Assembly: GCF_037042905.1 (NCBI RefSeq)
Contig: NW_026974148.1
Location: forward strand, 62,001 to 126,000
Source: Lytechinus pictus
Lineage: Eukaryota
DNA: 64,000 nucleotides
Direction: 5' to 3'
In this document: in pieces, positions 51,301-62,850 of the stretch
Layout of the letters: every line of letters begins with the position of its first letter
How positions within the stretch are numbered: position 1 is the stretch's first letter
The notes under the pieces: generated by a model
What the model saw: only the letters and a program-made list of their open reading frames with translations
What the model was told of the DNA's origin: nothing
The model's database searches: none
Made by a program: the position numbers and the translations under genes

Positions 51301-54300
51301 TTTGTCTTCTTTACAGATCTGAACCAAAGAGCCCTTTAATGCAGGAGAAGTTTATCGTGTTTGAGAGTAACCTGATGGAGCTCTTTGAAGTATGCATCTC
51401 TTGCCTTTCTAAGAATGTGCATGTGGAAAAAGTTTCTTCACAATCTTTAGGATCTGCACTGAAAGTTGTGACAACCTGCCTAGACTGTGGTCTTCGCCGG
51501 GAATGGCTCAGTCAGCCAAAGGTTGGTGACATCTACGCGGGCAACATGCTTTTGTCTGGTGCTATTCTGTTTGGAGGAAGTAGTCCCACTAAAGTGCTTC
51601 GTGTCTTGCGACACATGAATGTGAAGGCCATTACAGTGGAAACATTCATGAAACACCAGCGAGAGTACCTTCAGCCAGCAGTCATCAGAGTAGCCAAGAA
51701 GGAGCAGAGGAAGCTGATCAACGAAATTCCAGAAGGGGAGCCTCTCATCCTTGGTGGTGATGGGCAGTCTGATTCTCCGGGCCACTGTGCAAAGTATGGA
51801 TCGTACACCTTGATGGATCTCAAGAGGAACAAAATCTTGGATGTGCAATTGGTCCAGGTATGGCAAGAAATTTTCTTTTACAATTCTTTTACAATTCATA
51901 ATCAATATTTGGGTGAGTGCTATGGGAATCAAACAGATCAAATTAAACTGGCATGCATTGTTATATAGATATATGTATGCATAGCTTGAAAAAAAAGTTA
52001 TTTTTATAACTTTAAGCCACATTACTCTTTCAAAATGTATTTCTTCTACTCATAATTTTTCATTGCAAAGGGAATCAATTTGCCATTTTTTTTTCCTATC
52101 ACATTTCCTAAATTGGTATTTAAATTGTTGTTGCATCCTTATATTTTCTTACAGAGCAATGAAGTTCGCAATAGCAATGCGATGGAGTTGGAAGGTCTGG
52201 CAAGGGGACTCACTAGTCTGAAGGAGAAGGGGGTCAATATACGTATGCTGGTGACTGATAGGCACCTCCAAGTGGCTAAATGGCTCCGAGAGAATTATCC
52301 TGACATCAATCATAGATATGATGTGTGGCATATTGCGAAAGGTATGCAGGAAGTACTTTCATTTCTCATAATTATCCTTTGTTTTTATGTTTTGTTATGT
52401 ATTATGTTGAATTGAGAACAATGTCCGGTCCATTATGTTGAATTAAGAATAATTCCAGGTCCTTCCTCCATTTTCCCCTTTATTTTCAGAACATGATGGG
52501 GGGGGGGGGGCTGGGTCACCATATGCCCATCAATGAAAAATTGTATCCTCTGTAAGTAAGGTTTTCTTTCATGTTTGCTCTGATAGTAACAGTCCCTTGT
52601 GTAGAGATCATTTCTTATTGACATGCATAGATATATTGAATAAGAAACTTGGTTGAATTATCATCTTAGGTCTGAAGAAAAAGATCATCGCAGTGTCCAA
52701 GCTGAAAGATTGTGAAGTTGTTGGCAGATGGAAGCGGTCCATCAACAACCATGTTTATTGGTGCGCCTCATCAACCCCAGATGGTGATGGAGAGGTCATG
52801 GTGGCCAAGTTCAAGTCTATCCTAAATCACATGCGGAACATACATGAAAACCACAGTGACGTCTATCCTGCATGCTCTCATGGAGAGAATCATGGACAAA
52901 GAGAGTGGATGAGGCAAGGTTAGTATTGCTAGGACAGTTTTTTTGCATGTTAAGTAACATATTTAGTGAAGATTAGTGGATGCAAAACAATGATAACTGC
53001 TTGATTGCTAAAACAAACGATTACTTGCCAGTAAAATTTGCAGGGGCGATTTTAACAATTTAATGATGCCCTACCAATTTTGATAATTCAGCTTTGATGT
53101 GCAAGTAGTCAGGTTGTCACAATTTTTAGGCAGGAGAATGTGTCTTAACTTTGGTCTCCCTAAATTCAGTGTGAAAGGAATAATGTATGAACTTAAACTT
53201 GCCTACATGTACATCCAATGCTGATTTATGGTACATATGGTGTGCAGAGTGAGATTTGAATTGACTGTGATAAGAGAACATGCATGTATCATGACCTGAG
53301 AAGCGAGTCAATATCAAATGTCAATTTATTTAGCTATGCGAATTCACATAAAAAACAAGATACTGTAGATTGTGTCTTAATCGTGTCATGACGAAAAAGG
53401 GTGATGGCACAACAAATGATGACTGTGATGGGTATGCAGACTTTTATAGATATACACCATGTGTAAGTTATTTATCTAATCCTTTTCATTTTGATAATTA
53501 CAAAATAGTACATACTACATTGGATCAAAGAAGTACAGGAAGCAATGAGAATATTTTACATTTAAGTTTAACTCCTGTTTTATTTTTTAAATTCACAGGT
53601 ACGAAACCGTTTGAAAAGTTGTCTGAGGAACTATCAAAAACCAGACTGTTGAATGACATGAAGAAAATGTCTCCTGTTGACCAGACCAGTTCAGTCGAGG
53701 CCTTTCATAGTGTGATGCTCTATTGGTGTCCTAAGATGCTGGCCTACTCATATGCCGGGATGAAGTGCAGGTAAAAAAAATTGCAAGTCTATGTAGTTGA
53801 TTTTTGGGTTGAATGAGTGTGGAAATACGTGCTTGACCGAAGCGGTGATTGAAAGTAAATGGCCCTCAACCTCATTACAAAGATTTATATATTATTCTTC
53901 ATCATATTCTTGAAGAAAAGCTTTGTCATAGTTTTAATAAAATAGATTAAAGTTTTTACATATTAGTCATGATATGTCTACATGTACTGTACATGTATAA
54001 AGCCCAATAGTGATATCGTGGTAGAGAACATCTTGTACTAAAATCGATTACAGTTATTATTTTGTTTTTCTTTGTACTCTGGTTATTTGTAGATTACATC
54101 TTGCCGCCTTGCACTGGAATGAGAATGCTGGTCGAAGTCATGCAACTAAGGCAGATGGGACACCTATGTACCGTATCAATTACCCCAAAGCCAAAGAAGG
54201 CGGCCACACAGTTTCCAAAGCGTTGACAGCTTGCACATTCAGTGAGTATATTTCAACCTCCCTTCCCCTGTAAAATAATTGTTAGAAAATAGGGGGTCTT

Positions 54301-54895
54301 ATGTTAATGTGTATGTACTTATGAATTTTGTCGACTGTACTCTAGGTGATTGATATTTTGTAAGGTAATAAAATCAATAAATTATGAAGAAGTATCCTAA
54401 AGACAGTTCACATAGAGATCTGCATTGTTAGAAATACTTGCCATGCGTGTGTTTATTCATTTGCCTCCTGAATGATATGCCAGTGCATGTCATGGTGGCA
54501 ATGTAATGCGATTATAAGATTTTTTTTTTTTTTTTATTAAGCAGATTTTCACAAGGTTTTGTATTTTCTGTATTTGTTTCATTTTCACATTGCATATAAT
54601 AGAAGAGAAGCAAGTGCTTCTTGCTTATTTTTCTTTATTTACATGTAATTTTGATTTTTTTTTTTCTTGTGACTTTTAGATACTAAATACATTTGAAATT
54701 GATATTTTTTTTTTCATAGATTATGTGAGAACACTCATGGAAGAGACAATGCAACTAGTGTCTGGAAAACAAAAGATCCGGTCTACCATCCCAGAACTGG
54801 AGGGAAAGCCACCATTGTGCTCAGGAGTTGATCGTCCAAGTAAAGCAGAGGCCATTGATCAGTTACAGGTACATCGTCGATTTTCAAAGGAGTAG
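39389..54895 (+). CDS. Kolobok THAP-DDE transposase, 876 aa, open. Exons 39389-40111, 48796-48906, 50120-50198, 50789-51032, 51317-51857, 52155-52341, 52670-52918, 53599-53770, 54093-54241, 54720-54895.
   Basis: THAP (RCMVMHC..W..HVCSLHF..AIP); GGDGQSDSPGHCAKY, LVTDRH, YDVWHIAK, TSSVEAFHS, LAALHWNEN; all nine introns GT-AG with matching phases; 2631 nt total with no internal stop. Confidence 0.9.
40444..40776 (+). repeat. 5' LTR (333 bp)
   Basis: TATGGAG...TTACTACA; TATAAAAG at 40541 followed by repeated TCAGT initiator-like motifs. Confidence 0.93.
43917..45938 (+). CDS. 673-aa intronless Arg/Ser/His/Tyr-rich repetitive protein with a C-terminal coiled coil; only long ORF of the LTR element
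   Basis: 2022-nt open frame in AT-rich DNA; many SPxRR/RSPSP motifs; heptad stretch IEQRIHVLEDKMDFVLNRLQILNTLESSVEDLATQISKLEQL. Confidence 0.8.
   Translation: MPGTRDYEYYSSSSSSDESSHTIDRYHRWWSERKVSRRYNNRLDSSERRNPRLMEDRDHSPQRSRHYRNARGNAVSRDDRQGEENNHNRNRDYIDRSHSRRNRRDRSISPRHDYRGNNCYSSETPLRGECDRHRYDSSRSDHHHRSPLRRSGRSRRESPSKHRDHHYNYYDNQYNSPPQGRGDYHEYDYRRHDPSPPRRGRRYESPHYYMDDYYYHECNESPIRRRGDDCESHSHRYRNRSPSPYEERRRGEGYRRDPPRESFYDSRMRGLDTRSPSPIRRSRSPYEGRKDDGFSRYPPRESFYESSRWDARSPSSVRYSEWKGKDHRQSSPRRSFRDPHRRNTPSPSPVHSRVSTEYPSTSYSRVRSKDEGNHGLPPRSSHDHRRRESWSPSFSHHSDIDGYPSVSSSSEKWTIENYKRLTPQSFHERSRDTRLSSSVHLQDNNDGYQSNSCRLVASSPTYENCETIDNNMPSATNTFSLKHIRVTPDSVEYKGPSGFNFPPPFKAQTEDTEETEVEVTTQSLKHRSIEQRIHVLEDKMDFVLNRLQILNTLESSVEDLATQISKLEQLTRTSQESRGSLRTTPESIEKQTSLSQPNSSPVLTKSLEESISGNGCERLDPNELGDLYANKLVSIETEEYQGNDLGSEEWVRPRSQYVRTNTHSLPLFQVHIT
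45839..45896 (+). promoter_or_regulatory. Putative programmed -1 ribosomal frameshift signal
   Basis: Heptamer G_GGA_AAC (45839-45845) in the correct phase; stem TGGGATCGG (45850-45858) / CCGATCCCA (45875-45883); loop GGTCC (45866-45870) can pair with GGACC (45892-45896). Confidence 0.68.
45845..46180 (+). CDS. -1 frame extension of 111 aa (RSGIGGMGPTPIP...WLLPPWPPP), giving a predicted 754-aa transframe product
   Basis: This frame is open from the slippery site to TAA at 46178-46180 and is exactly -1 relative to the 673-aa ORF. Confidence 0.55.
   Translation, partial: RSGIGGMGPTPIPICKDQHPLSPPVSSSHHITPVQNNNSSRSGRSFDLSFLLVECDESKQLGQQTTRDALGKQSSPPSHEEGTPLHVHPFSYGDNPSFMCTPWLLPPWPPP
47749..48110 (+). 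repeat. 3' LTR (362 bp)
   Basis: Matches the 5' LTR except one G/A substitution and 29 extra bases (CAGCTTCGATACTTCGAGGACATTACCAG). Confidence 0.93.
48948..49500. mobile_element. Degenerate Kolobok-type MITE in transposase intron 2; related remnants ~25480-25740 and ~29330-29615
   Basis: Starts AAAGGACAAGTCCAC; the reverse complement GTGGACTTGGCTTT occurs near 29602; shares the CATCAAAATCG motif with the 38163 MITE. Confidence 0.55.
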
Positions 54896-57800
54896 AGATG
54901 ACATTGTGAACATTAACCTATCTATTCCTGGAAGGAAAGCTCTCAAACAAGTACCTGTGGCACCCTGTGAATCCGACCTATTTTTGGAACTATTTTGCTC
55001 CTGTCAGGATTCTATGTACATCTATATGTAATGTTTGTAGATTGATGGAAAATACAAGTGCTAATGCAAATTTATATCATTTGACATGAAAACAATTATG
55101 AGAATTTAACGAAGGAAAATATGCCTAAGTCAAATCTTTTGGGCCCACAGCCATCTATTTTTCTTTTTTACCTTTAATTGGTATATTGCACATTATTTTC
55201 CATAATACATGTATGTTCTATGGAAGGCTGAACCATACAAAATTACCTGTATTTGATATCTGATTCATTGACATCTTTAAAATCATAGTCTTTACAGTGT
55301 TCCTTTGCAATATACATTTACACTGTATGTGTACATATTGACATTGTTTTGACACATTATGGCTTGACATTGAAGCTGGAGTTAATCTTTGAATAAGTAT
55401 TGATGCATTTCCTTTAACTTGCCAAAATTATACAAGTTGCAATAATACGATATGTTCATTGAGATTGACATCATTTATATTTTCATTATGGAAGGATTTA
55501 CTTGTAGTTATTACCAAATAGTGGGCTTCATAAAGAATTTGGCTGTCCTTCCTAATTCTTGTTTGATGAAATAAGTTTGTGGTGAGCTGCCTGATGTATG
55601 TTCATTGCAAGATGATCATAACTTGACTTTTGCCATCTTTGCAGTGTCGTTCTGCATCGTTTATATAAATTGTCATTTCAAGTTGGAGCTTGATGCAATT
55701 GAAACTGGAGTTTATCTTCAAATGGTATGAACATGTTTAAAAATGACAATTCCCTCTAACTTGCCAGAAAAGTCTTACTCATGTTGCAATAATATGATAT
55801 ATATTCAGTGAAAACTCATTTATATTTTTATCATAGTATTTAATTAGCTATTGCCAAATGAATGATAAGGGTCTACAATCATGTATGCATTAGCTGCTAT
55901 TTTTCCACCTTGTTTGTAAGATGACTTATGCTTTATATTTTTAAAAGATTGTCAGAGTTTTTGAAGTGATAAAGTTCTGAATCATTACTGCACTAACTAT
56001 CTCCAGTGGTGAAAACAGATGTTTGTCATTATATGCATTTTATTTGTAATTTGATGATTATGTTTAGACAAAAAGGGGAGTTTTTGGAAGAAAGGTCTCC
56101 AGATTTTGTTTCTCAAGTCAGTTTGATGGTACATTTGTTAATTTTTTGTTGAAGGTGGAATACTGATTGTTCGATATAAACACTTTTTTTTCTAGACTTA
56201 GAGCAGTATTTAGACTAGTAGATTTACACTATGTACATGTATGTTTATATAAAGATTATCTGATTCAATGGACTCTGAAGTTTATTCTTATGCTTTATTA
56301 GGAAGCAGTAAGTACTATTCATCTCAAGATCTGAACCTTATCAGAAAGTATGCTTAGAAACTTTTGATGTTTTAGTTTTTTGTTTGTATTATATGTAAAA
56401 AGAATTATGTTAGGTGTACTTCATTAGATGCTTGGTTCTTTTCAACACCATTGCTTTACTTGTACTTCTCAACCTCAATAACTTGACAGGAATTGTCGAG
56501 ATGTTGGATTAGTTGAAAAAAAATGTAGGGATTATAAAAAAAGTTGTTTGACAGTATGCTTGGTACTTTTCAACACTTTTATTGTACGTGTATATGTACT
56601 CATCAATTTTATTTGCATTATTACAGGCCTTGTTTTGCATTAACAAAAGTATGCTAGTTAGTACTTGCAGTGGCAGATCCAGGGGGGGGGGGGGGCTTCT
56701 GATCAGTGCCCTCCTTTGGAGAGTCAATATTTTCAATGTGTATAATAATTATTTCGTTTCTTTTTCTCGTCAAATTTTCCTTGGGTAAAATGTGCCCCCT
56801 TTTTGGAAAATCCGGGGTCTGCCCCAAGTACTTGCATACATGCATCTTGTGGTCATCAAAATTCATTGCTGTACAATTACTTTTCAGTGTTAGTATCTAT
56901 ATCAAAAAAATGTTCATAGCCTTTGGAAAAGAAGTTGGTTTCTTTTCAGTCTGTTCTTTTTCTATATTGATGATTTGATATTACATTTGTTTTGACCAAG
57001 ACTTACATATATATTTTGTTTTCATAGCCAATAAAAAGTTGTGCATTTAGAGAAACACATCTGAACTATTTTGTTTTTAATACAATCATTTATTCTCTTC
57101 ATGAATGGCAGGTCTGGAGGTAGATCAAAGTTTGGTATTAAGTATGTGCCACTGGGGTGGGTGTGAAAATATCTCCTCTACCCATCTCGATTTATTTTAT
57201 GAAAAATGTACATGTGTCTTTACACATCTTTCTCATACAATTTATATCAATTTTATAACAAAATTTTAATATTTGAATGCATCTGTTATAGGATTGCAGA
57301 CCTTTTTAGAATATGGCACCATATTCCAAACTTAGACCTTCTCATAATTTTTTGTCTCATCATTGGCCATGAACCCGTGGTTTTGCGATAGAAATACATA
57401 AAAAATCTGAGGAATCCTTTGATAAAGCGGGAGGGGTACCGTAAGTGTTCCTCGAAGCAGCGCTACAACTAATAAGGACAATGATCTTATTCCTGTTCCT
57501 TGTCATAATAATAAATGCACAATTTCTTTGACAAGTTTACCCTCAGCCAATCAACGTGATCCATAGGCCTATTTGCACCTCAAACAGTTATTGCAAGTTT
57601 GTTAAAAAAAGTTTATGAAACGTCCCCAGGTTTTTTTTTCCTTCTTTGTTAGAATGGAAAAATATCATGGGAGAGGGACAGGGGACTGTCGGCCCTCTTG
57701 AAAACTCTGTTAAAATATGTTTCCCCAGATTTTCATGTTTTAAATTACCATGGTATTTTGATGGGGGGTGGGGCAAGATCCACATCCTAATTTATTTTTC

Positions 57801-58119
57801 TTATTGAATAGTAGGGATAGGCAGTTACACAATGAGGGAGCACAAACCCTGATGGTAGATGTCCATCAATGAGAATTCAAACATTAAATTTATTTTATAT
57901 TATACACCTCATGATTTTTTTAATTATGAAAAAGGGAAAGTAAGTACTTGCTACTGAAACTGAATATTCCTTGTGAAAGGAAAATGAGTACGAAAGAAAA
58001 CTTAATTTTCATATTGAATGTGCAGTCCAATTCAGTGTGAAAGCTAGAAATGGGGTTCTATGCTTCCCAAGAAAGTCTTGAACATTGTGATCCCTTTCAT
58101 AAAGCACATATAAATATGT

Positions 58120-58314
58120 AGGGCAATTCCATAAAATGATAAACCTTTTTGAAAATCCGACCTAATTTTTCTAGTCTTCACTTGATAAATTGGCCAAGTC
58201 ATGGTCATTTGACAGCATTTCAGACTGTCAAAAGAACCAAAAATCAGAGACAGAAAATTTCAGGAAGGTCCCAAATATAGGGGTTCGGACGCACACATTT
58301 TATAGAATTGCCCT
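58120..58314. mobile_element. MITE with ~18-bp TIRs
   Basis: AGGGCAATTCCATAAAAT / ATTTTATAGAATTGCCCT. Confidence 0.7.
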
Positions 58315-59708
58315 GTAATTTACATCAACAATCATTTAAGCATCATTCATCAAAAGAAAAAAAATTCAGACAGGAAATTTCAAAATTCCTAATAAGTCTA
58401 TTTGTTTCTTCAGAATTATCATCTACATGTACATTACAAAAGGCAAACTAACTCATCTTCATTACTTGATTTCCAAGTAGAAGGGCCTTGGAAAAAGCAA
58501 GAAAATACATATCTACATGTAATTCCCAAATGACTTTGACTAGACGCAAATAAAAAAAAAACACAATCAAAATAAAGCAAAATATACATGGACCATAGTT
58601 CAATATTACAATCACAGAAGGCATATACCAAGATAGTTCGATCCAATACATTTCAAATTATTTTGAATTCAAAATACAAGTACAGTTGTAAAAGATATAT
58701 GGCCTTTTAAACAATTAAATGACTTCATTTATCAATATCTGCAACAGGAAGAAAAGACATTACATTATTTACCAGGCACCCAAACAGCTAAGCAATAACA
58801 AACTGATGAAGATGACGAAGTTAGAATACATTGTGCAAGTCCATAAACCCATTAACTAATGTTTTTGTCTAATGAAACTTCTTTAAAAACAATTTTACTC
58901 TGAATTACACTCTGAGATGGGAATAAATGTATGTTCTCATGGTATGAAGATGCAACACAAAAACATTGCTTTCCATACAGGAATTAAACATATATAACTC
59001 AATATTTTGAAACAGATAATGGACTAAAAATCAATATCTGCACAGCTACATGTACGTCAATACAGAATGACCATTCGACAAGTAACTTCACCTGTACAAT
59101 GTATCCTTATTATATTTACAATTGTTACTATATATAATTCTAAAAAATAATTATTAAAAACCATCAAATGCAGGATTTTTTCACCTGCAAACCATTTACA
59201 TTTTGATTTCCAATAGATGAGACATGTAAATATTTTCCTATAAAGATAAATCATACATGTAGGCCTAATGCTAATGATAATAATCAAAACAAGGAAAATA
59301 ATGAACTGTACTTGATAATATGACATATCAAATAATGTAACTCCTAAGGTCCGAACATGTCTTGAAAACTCTGAATTCCAAATCCACTTAAACAAATAAC
59401 AAATTTAGTAAGTAGAAACCAGTTCTACATGCAGAATGAACAATGCATCTATACAGTCAATTTAACTCATTATATTATACAGTATAGAGAGACATGCACA
59501 CTGATGTAAGTAACATCAAAATCAGAAGATAACTACATGTGAGTGAAGGTACATATATAGGGTTCATGTAAGTACACTTTCAAACATTTAAAATTTAATG
59601 GATGGCATCTTCAAATACTGATCAATGTACAGAGCTTTGCATTTTGAGTGCTGAAACGTAGCAAAAAACTGCCAAAACAAAATTATGATATATATATACA
59701 TAAGTCAT

Positions 59709-61967
59709 TTATCTTCTCAATACTCGCAGAACTGTCCCCCTGTAAATTCCAGCACCATCAGGATAGGCTCGCATGATTTTTGAGTGTATGCAGGCAGGTA
59801 GTTGCACCCTTATGTCTTTGCCGAGAAAACCCCAACACCAGCGGACAACTTTTCTATAAGCCACATATCTGTATTTCCTGCAAAATAAAAATACAGAAGA
59901 TTAATGTAAAGAGAGACTTAAATTAAAATACTAAAACCAGAAATACATGTATGCAATGGTTTGAAATTCCCTTCAATTTTTTGTTTGCCGCAAGAATGAT
60001 ATAAACCCCAAGTTTTTATTACTGTAACACCATCAGAAAAAAAACATGTACATGTAAGAGACATTGTCAATTTACCATGCTTGGTCAGGTCCATACATGT
60101 AAATAAAAATACATGAAGAGCATGACACTACATGTACCTGATAAAGTGCCTGCTTAAAAAAGTCTTCCTCCTATTTTAAAAACTTTCTTTCAAATTGAAA
60201 AAAAAAAATATCCAGCTTAGACACAAAAATAATTACACTAATTTCCTGGTTAATATGTCAAACATTGCATAACCCCAAATAATTTAATTTTACCCTGCCT
60301 CTTTGAAAACTAATGCACAGAAAATATATTAATCAAGAACAAAATTTTTCTGATTACTGTTGAAGGCTATACATTATCTAGTAAGGAGGTAAAGTCCATG
60401 TCAATGACCATGATACTTACTCATTGTTTCGGTTACCAAAGGCCCTGGCTGCTCGCCTCCACCTGTCCGTGTACTCCATCCATCCAATATATAAAGATAT
60501 TGGGTTCAGGATGGCTGACTCAAACGCCTCTGTTGTAGTGAGACAGTCTACGCCTAAAGCGTCCGTTTCAAATGAAACTTCAGGAATCTCCCTGCAACAT
60601 GTGCAGTCACCTGCAGAGAATGAAGGTTCCACCCTGCAGTGGCCACCACATAGACACCTAAAAGTAAAAAAAGAAGAAACATCAGTATTAATCATCTTTT
60701 TTTTACTCCTCTTGCCTGCGGATTTTAATGCAATGTAAGTCTATGAGATATTTTGGGGAAAAGATGCAAATTATGTGCAGTGGGCACTGGCACATCCAGA
60801 GGGAGGGGGGGCACATCTGACTCGTGCCCCCTCCCTTTGAAAGCGAGTATTTTTTTTTTCATTTTGTTTGTCAATTTTTTTGGGGGAAATGTGCCCCCCC
60901 TTGAAAAATCCTGGCAGTGGGTACGTGTAGATGAAGATACGCTGTTTGTGGACAACACCTCATCTTGATCAAATTTTAACACAAAACTAGTGCTGTAGTG
61001 GTGCTCTCCATTCCATGGGGGGGGGGGGTCAATTGTATATTTGCAAGAGACTTGACATATTAGAGCTAATAATAATATAAAGCAGACCTCATGCGATACT
61101 TATTACATCATGTTTGTACCTCCTAAATGTATTCAATGCATACACTAGTCAATTTTCTACCATCCTTCATGTAAGATAAATTTTAAAGAAAAACGTGGCA
61201 ATAAAATTGTTCGCAGGTGCTGAATAGTGTTGGGCTACTACCGGTACTGAAGTCTCACTCAGCTCAGCTTCGGACTTGTTGGGTGAATGATTTTTTTTTA
61301 ATTCCATAAAAGCGTTTGCTCGGTGATATAACCTTATCGTTTTTATTTTCTTTTACATTCAAATTAAAATTACTGGTTTAATGACAGAAAAAATTGTAGC
61401 CACTAACGAATAAGATCTAATGATATTTCAATCCCGACTGAACGAACTGAGCTAGCTGAGCCTGAGAGACACTGACACTGTCAGTCAAATTGACAAGTGA
61501 CAGTGACTAAGTCACAAAGGCAAGCAACTAAGAAACGTGGTATTATTAGTAAATGAATGGAGTCTCTAAGCTAAGTCAGATAATTAGACAATAACTAACC
61601 AATCATTATTCATTAACCGATGAGGATCGACATCCCGGGGAGCATCTCCGTCGTTAAAAAGGCCATCATCATCGTCATCTTGTCTCGGTGGTGGTTCATG
61701 GAGATACGGTTGCGGAACATCGGGTGCTCCCTCGGCTCCTAGGCGGGCCGTTCCCCTGGCGCTGGCCTCGGTGGCTGCGGCTGGCATAGGAGCGTTATAG
61801 TCCTCGTCAACGACTCCCTCTTCTCCGATTTCTCCATCGTCTTCTCCTTCCTCACTCGTTGACGCGTCCTCCCAACTACCGTCGTCATCGTAGCTCTCTT
61901 CATCACTTTCCTCTTCACCTTCCTCTTGAAAGTCCTCAAAATCCATAAAAAGATCGTTCTGTTCCAT
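59709..61967 (-). CDS. KolX-type accessory protein with a P2X7-ballast/nanor-like domain, 257 aa, open. Exons 61967-61600, 60657-60421, 59877-59709.
   Basis: Acidic N-terminus, PQPYLHEP, WCLCGGHC..CTCCREI..CLT, YRYVAYRKVVRWCWGFLGKDIRVQLPACIHSKIMRAYP; two phase-2 GT-AG introns; 774 nt total. Confidence 0.88.
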
Positions 61968-62574
61968 TCTAGCGCGTGATCCCGTATAAAGCAGAAAGCG
62001 AGAGTCGAAACAAATGTAAACAAACACCGCACGTGTACGTAGAGCTTGGGGGAAAGCAATCGACCGGATCTACTTTCAAAGTCAGGCCGGTCTTCGGCAC
62101 ACGAACGTTCAAAGATTTCAACACAAAAAAAAATAAAAATGAGTGAAGAAAATGTGACATAAAAGAATGTTTCCGCAAATATTTCGAAATCGTAAGCCCG
62201 ATAATTATTATTTATTATATCAGCGATATATATAAGGCAAAGGAATATGTACACAACCATTATTTAGCTGAGTTTTTAACTTTTGAAAAAAAAAGGAAAA
62301 CATTTTCTGGAGCTCTGTGTATGATTTTATGTGGAACATCCGGGGAACATAATGAGAGGGCAGGCATGACGTGACGTCACATAGACCGAGGTGGAAATCG
62401 TGAGAAGTTTCCTGGCTCGTTAGAGATGCTATTTTGGAGGCATTTTAGTGGAGGATACCAAGGTGCCAGACGACTTTTATGGTATTATATGTGGATAAAC
62501 AGATTATATATGTAATATGCTTTCCTTACATACCATATTCCAGGATATTTATTTCCTTCTTATGTCAACTTTAA

Positions 62575-62850
62575 TCAGTTGTCATTCCAATTGTTTAAGT
62601 TCTTGGTAGAAATATTTTGAATAAACCTAATTTCATATAATGTACAAAAGAACATGGGATATGACATCATCAGCCCACCTAATGAATATTCATGAGACAT
62701 GCCTAAATAGAACTGTTTCACGGGAATATTGCAAATCCTTAAAATTTAACTTAACTTCGTTATTTGTCATCCGATTTTGATCAAATTTTAAACATTTTGC
62801 TTTGTGAATTTTACTGAGATATATGAATATCTCTAGCCTTGACCTTCCCT
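62575..62850. mobile_element. Right half of the MITE begun at 38163
   Basis: CATCATCAGCCCACC, TTTGTCATCCGATTTTGATCAAA; ends GACCTTCCCT followed by TCAA (mutated TTAA). Confidence 0.85.

Larger units (their letters stand above)
38467..62570 (+). mobile_element. Kolobok DNA transposon copy 2, complete (24.1 kb, ~16.4 kb without the nested LTR element)
   Basis: TTAA TSDs at 38463-38466 and 62571-62574; TIR AGTTGATATAAGAAG / CTTCTTATGTCAACT (14 of 15 match); convergent transposase and KolX genes. Confidence 0.93.
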
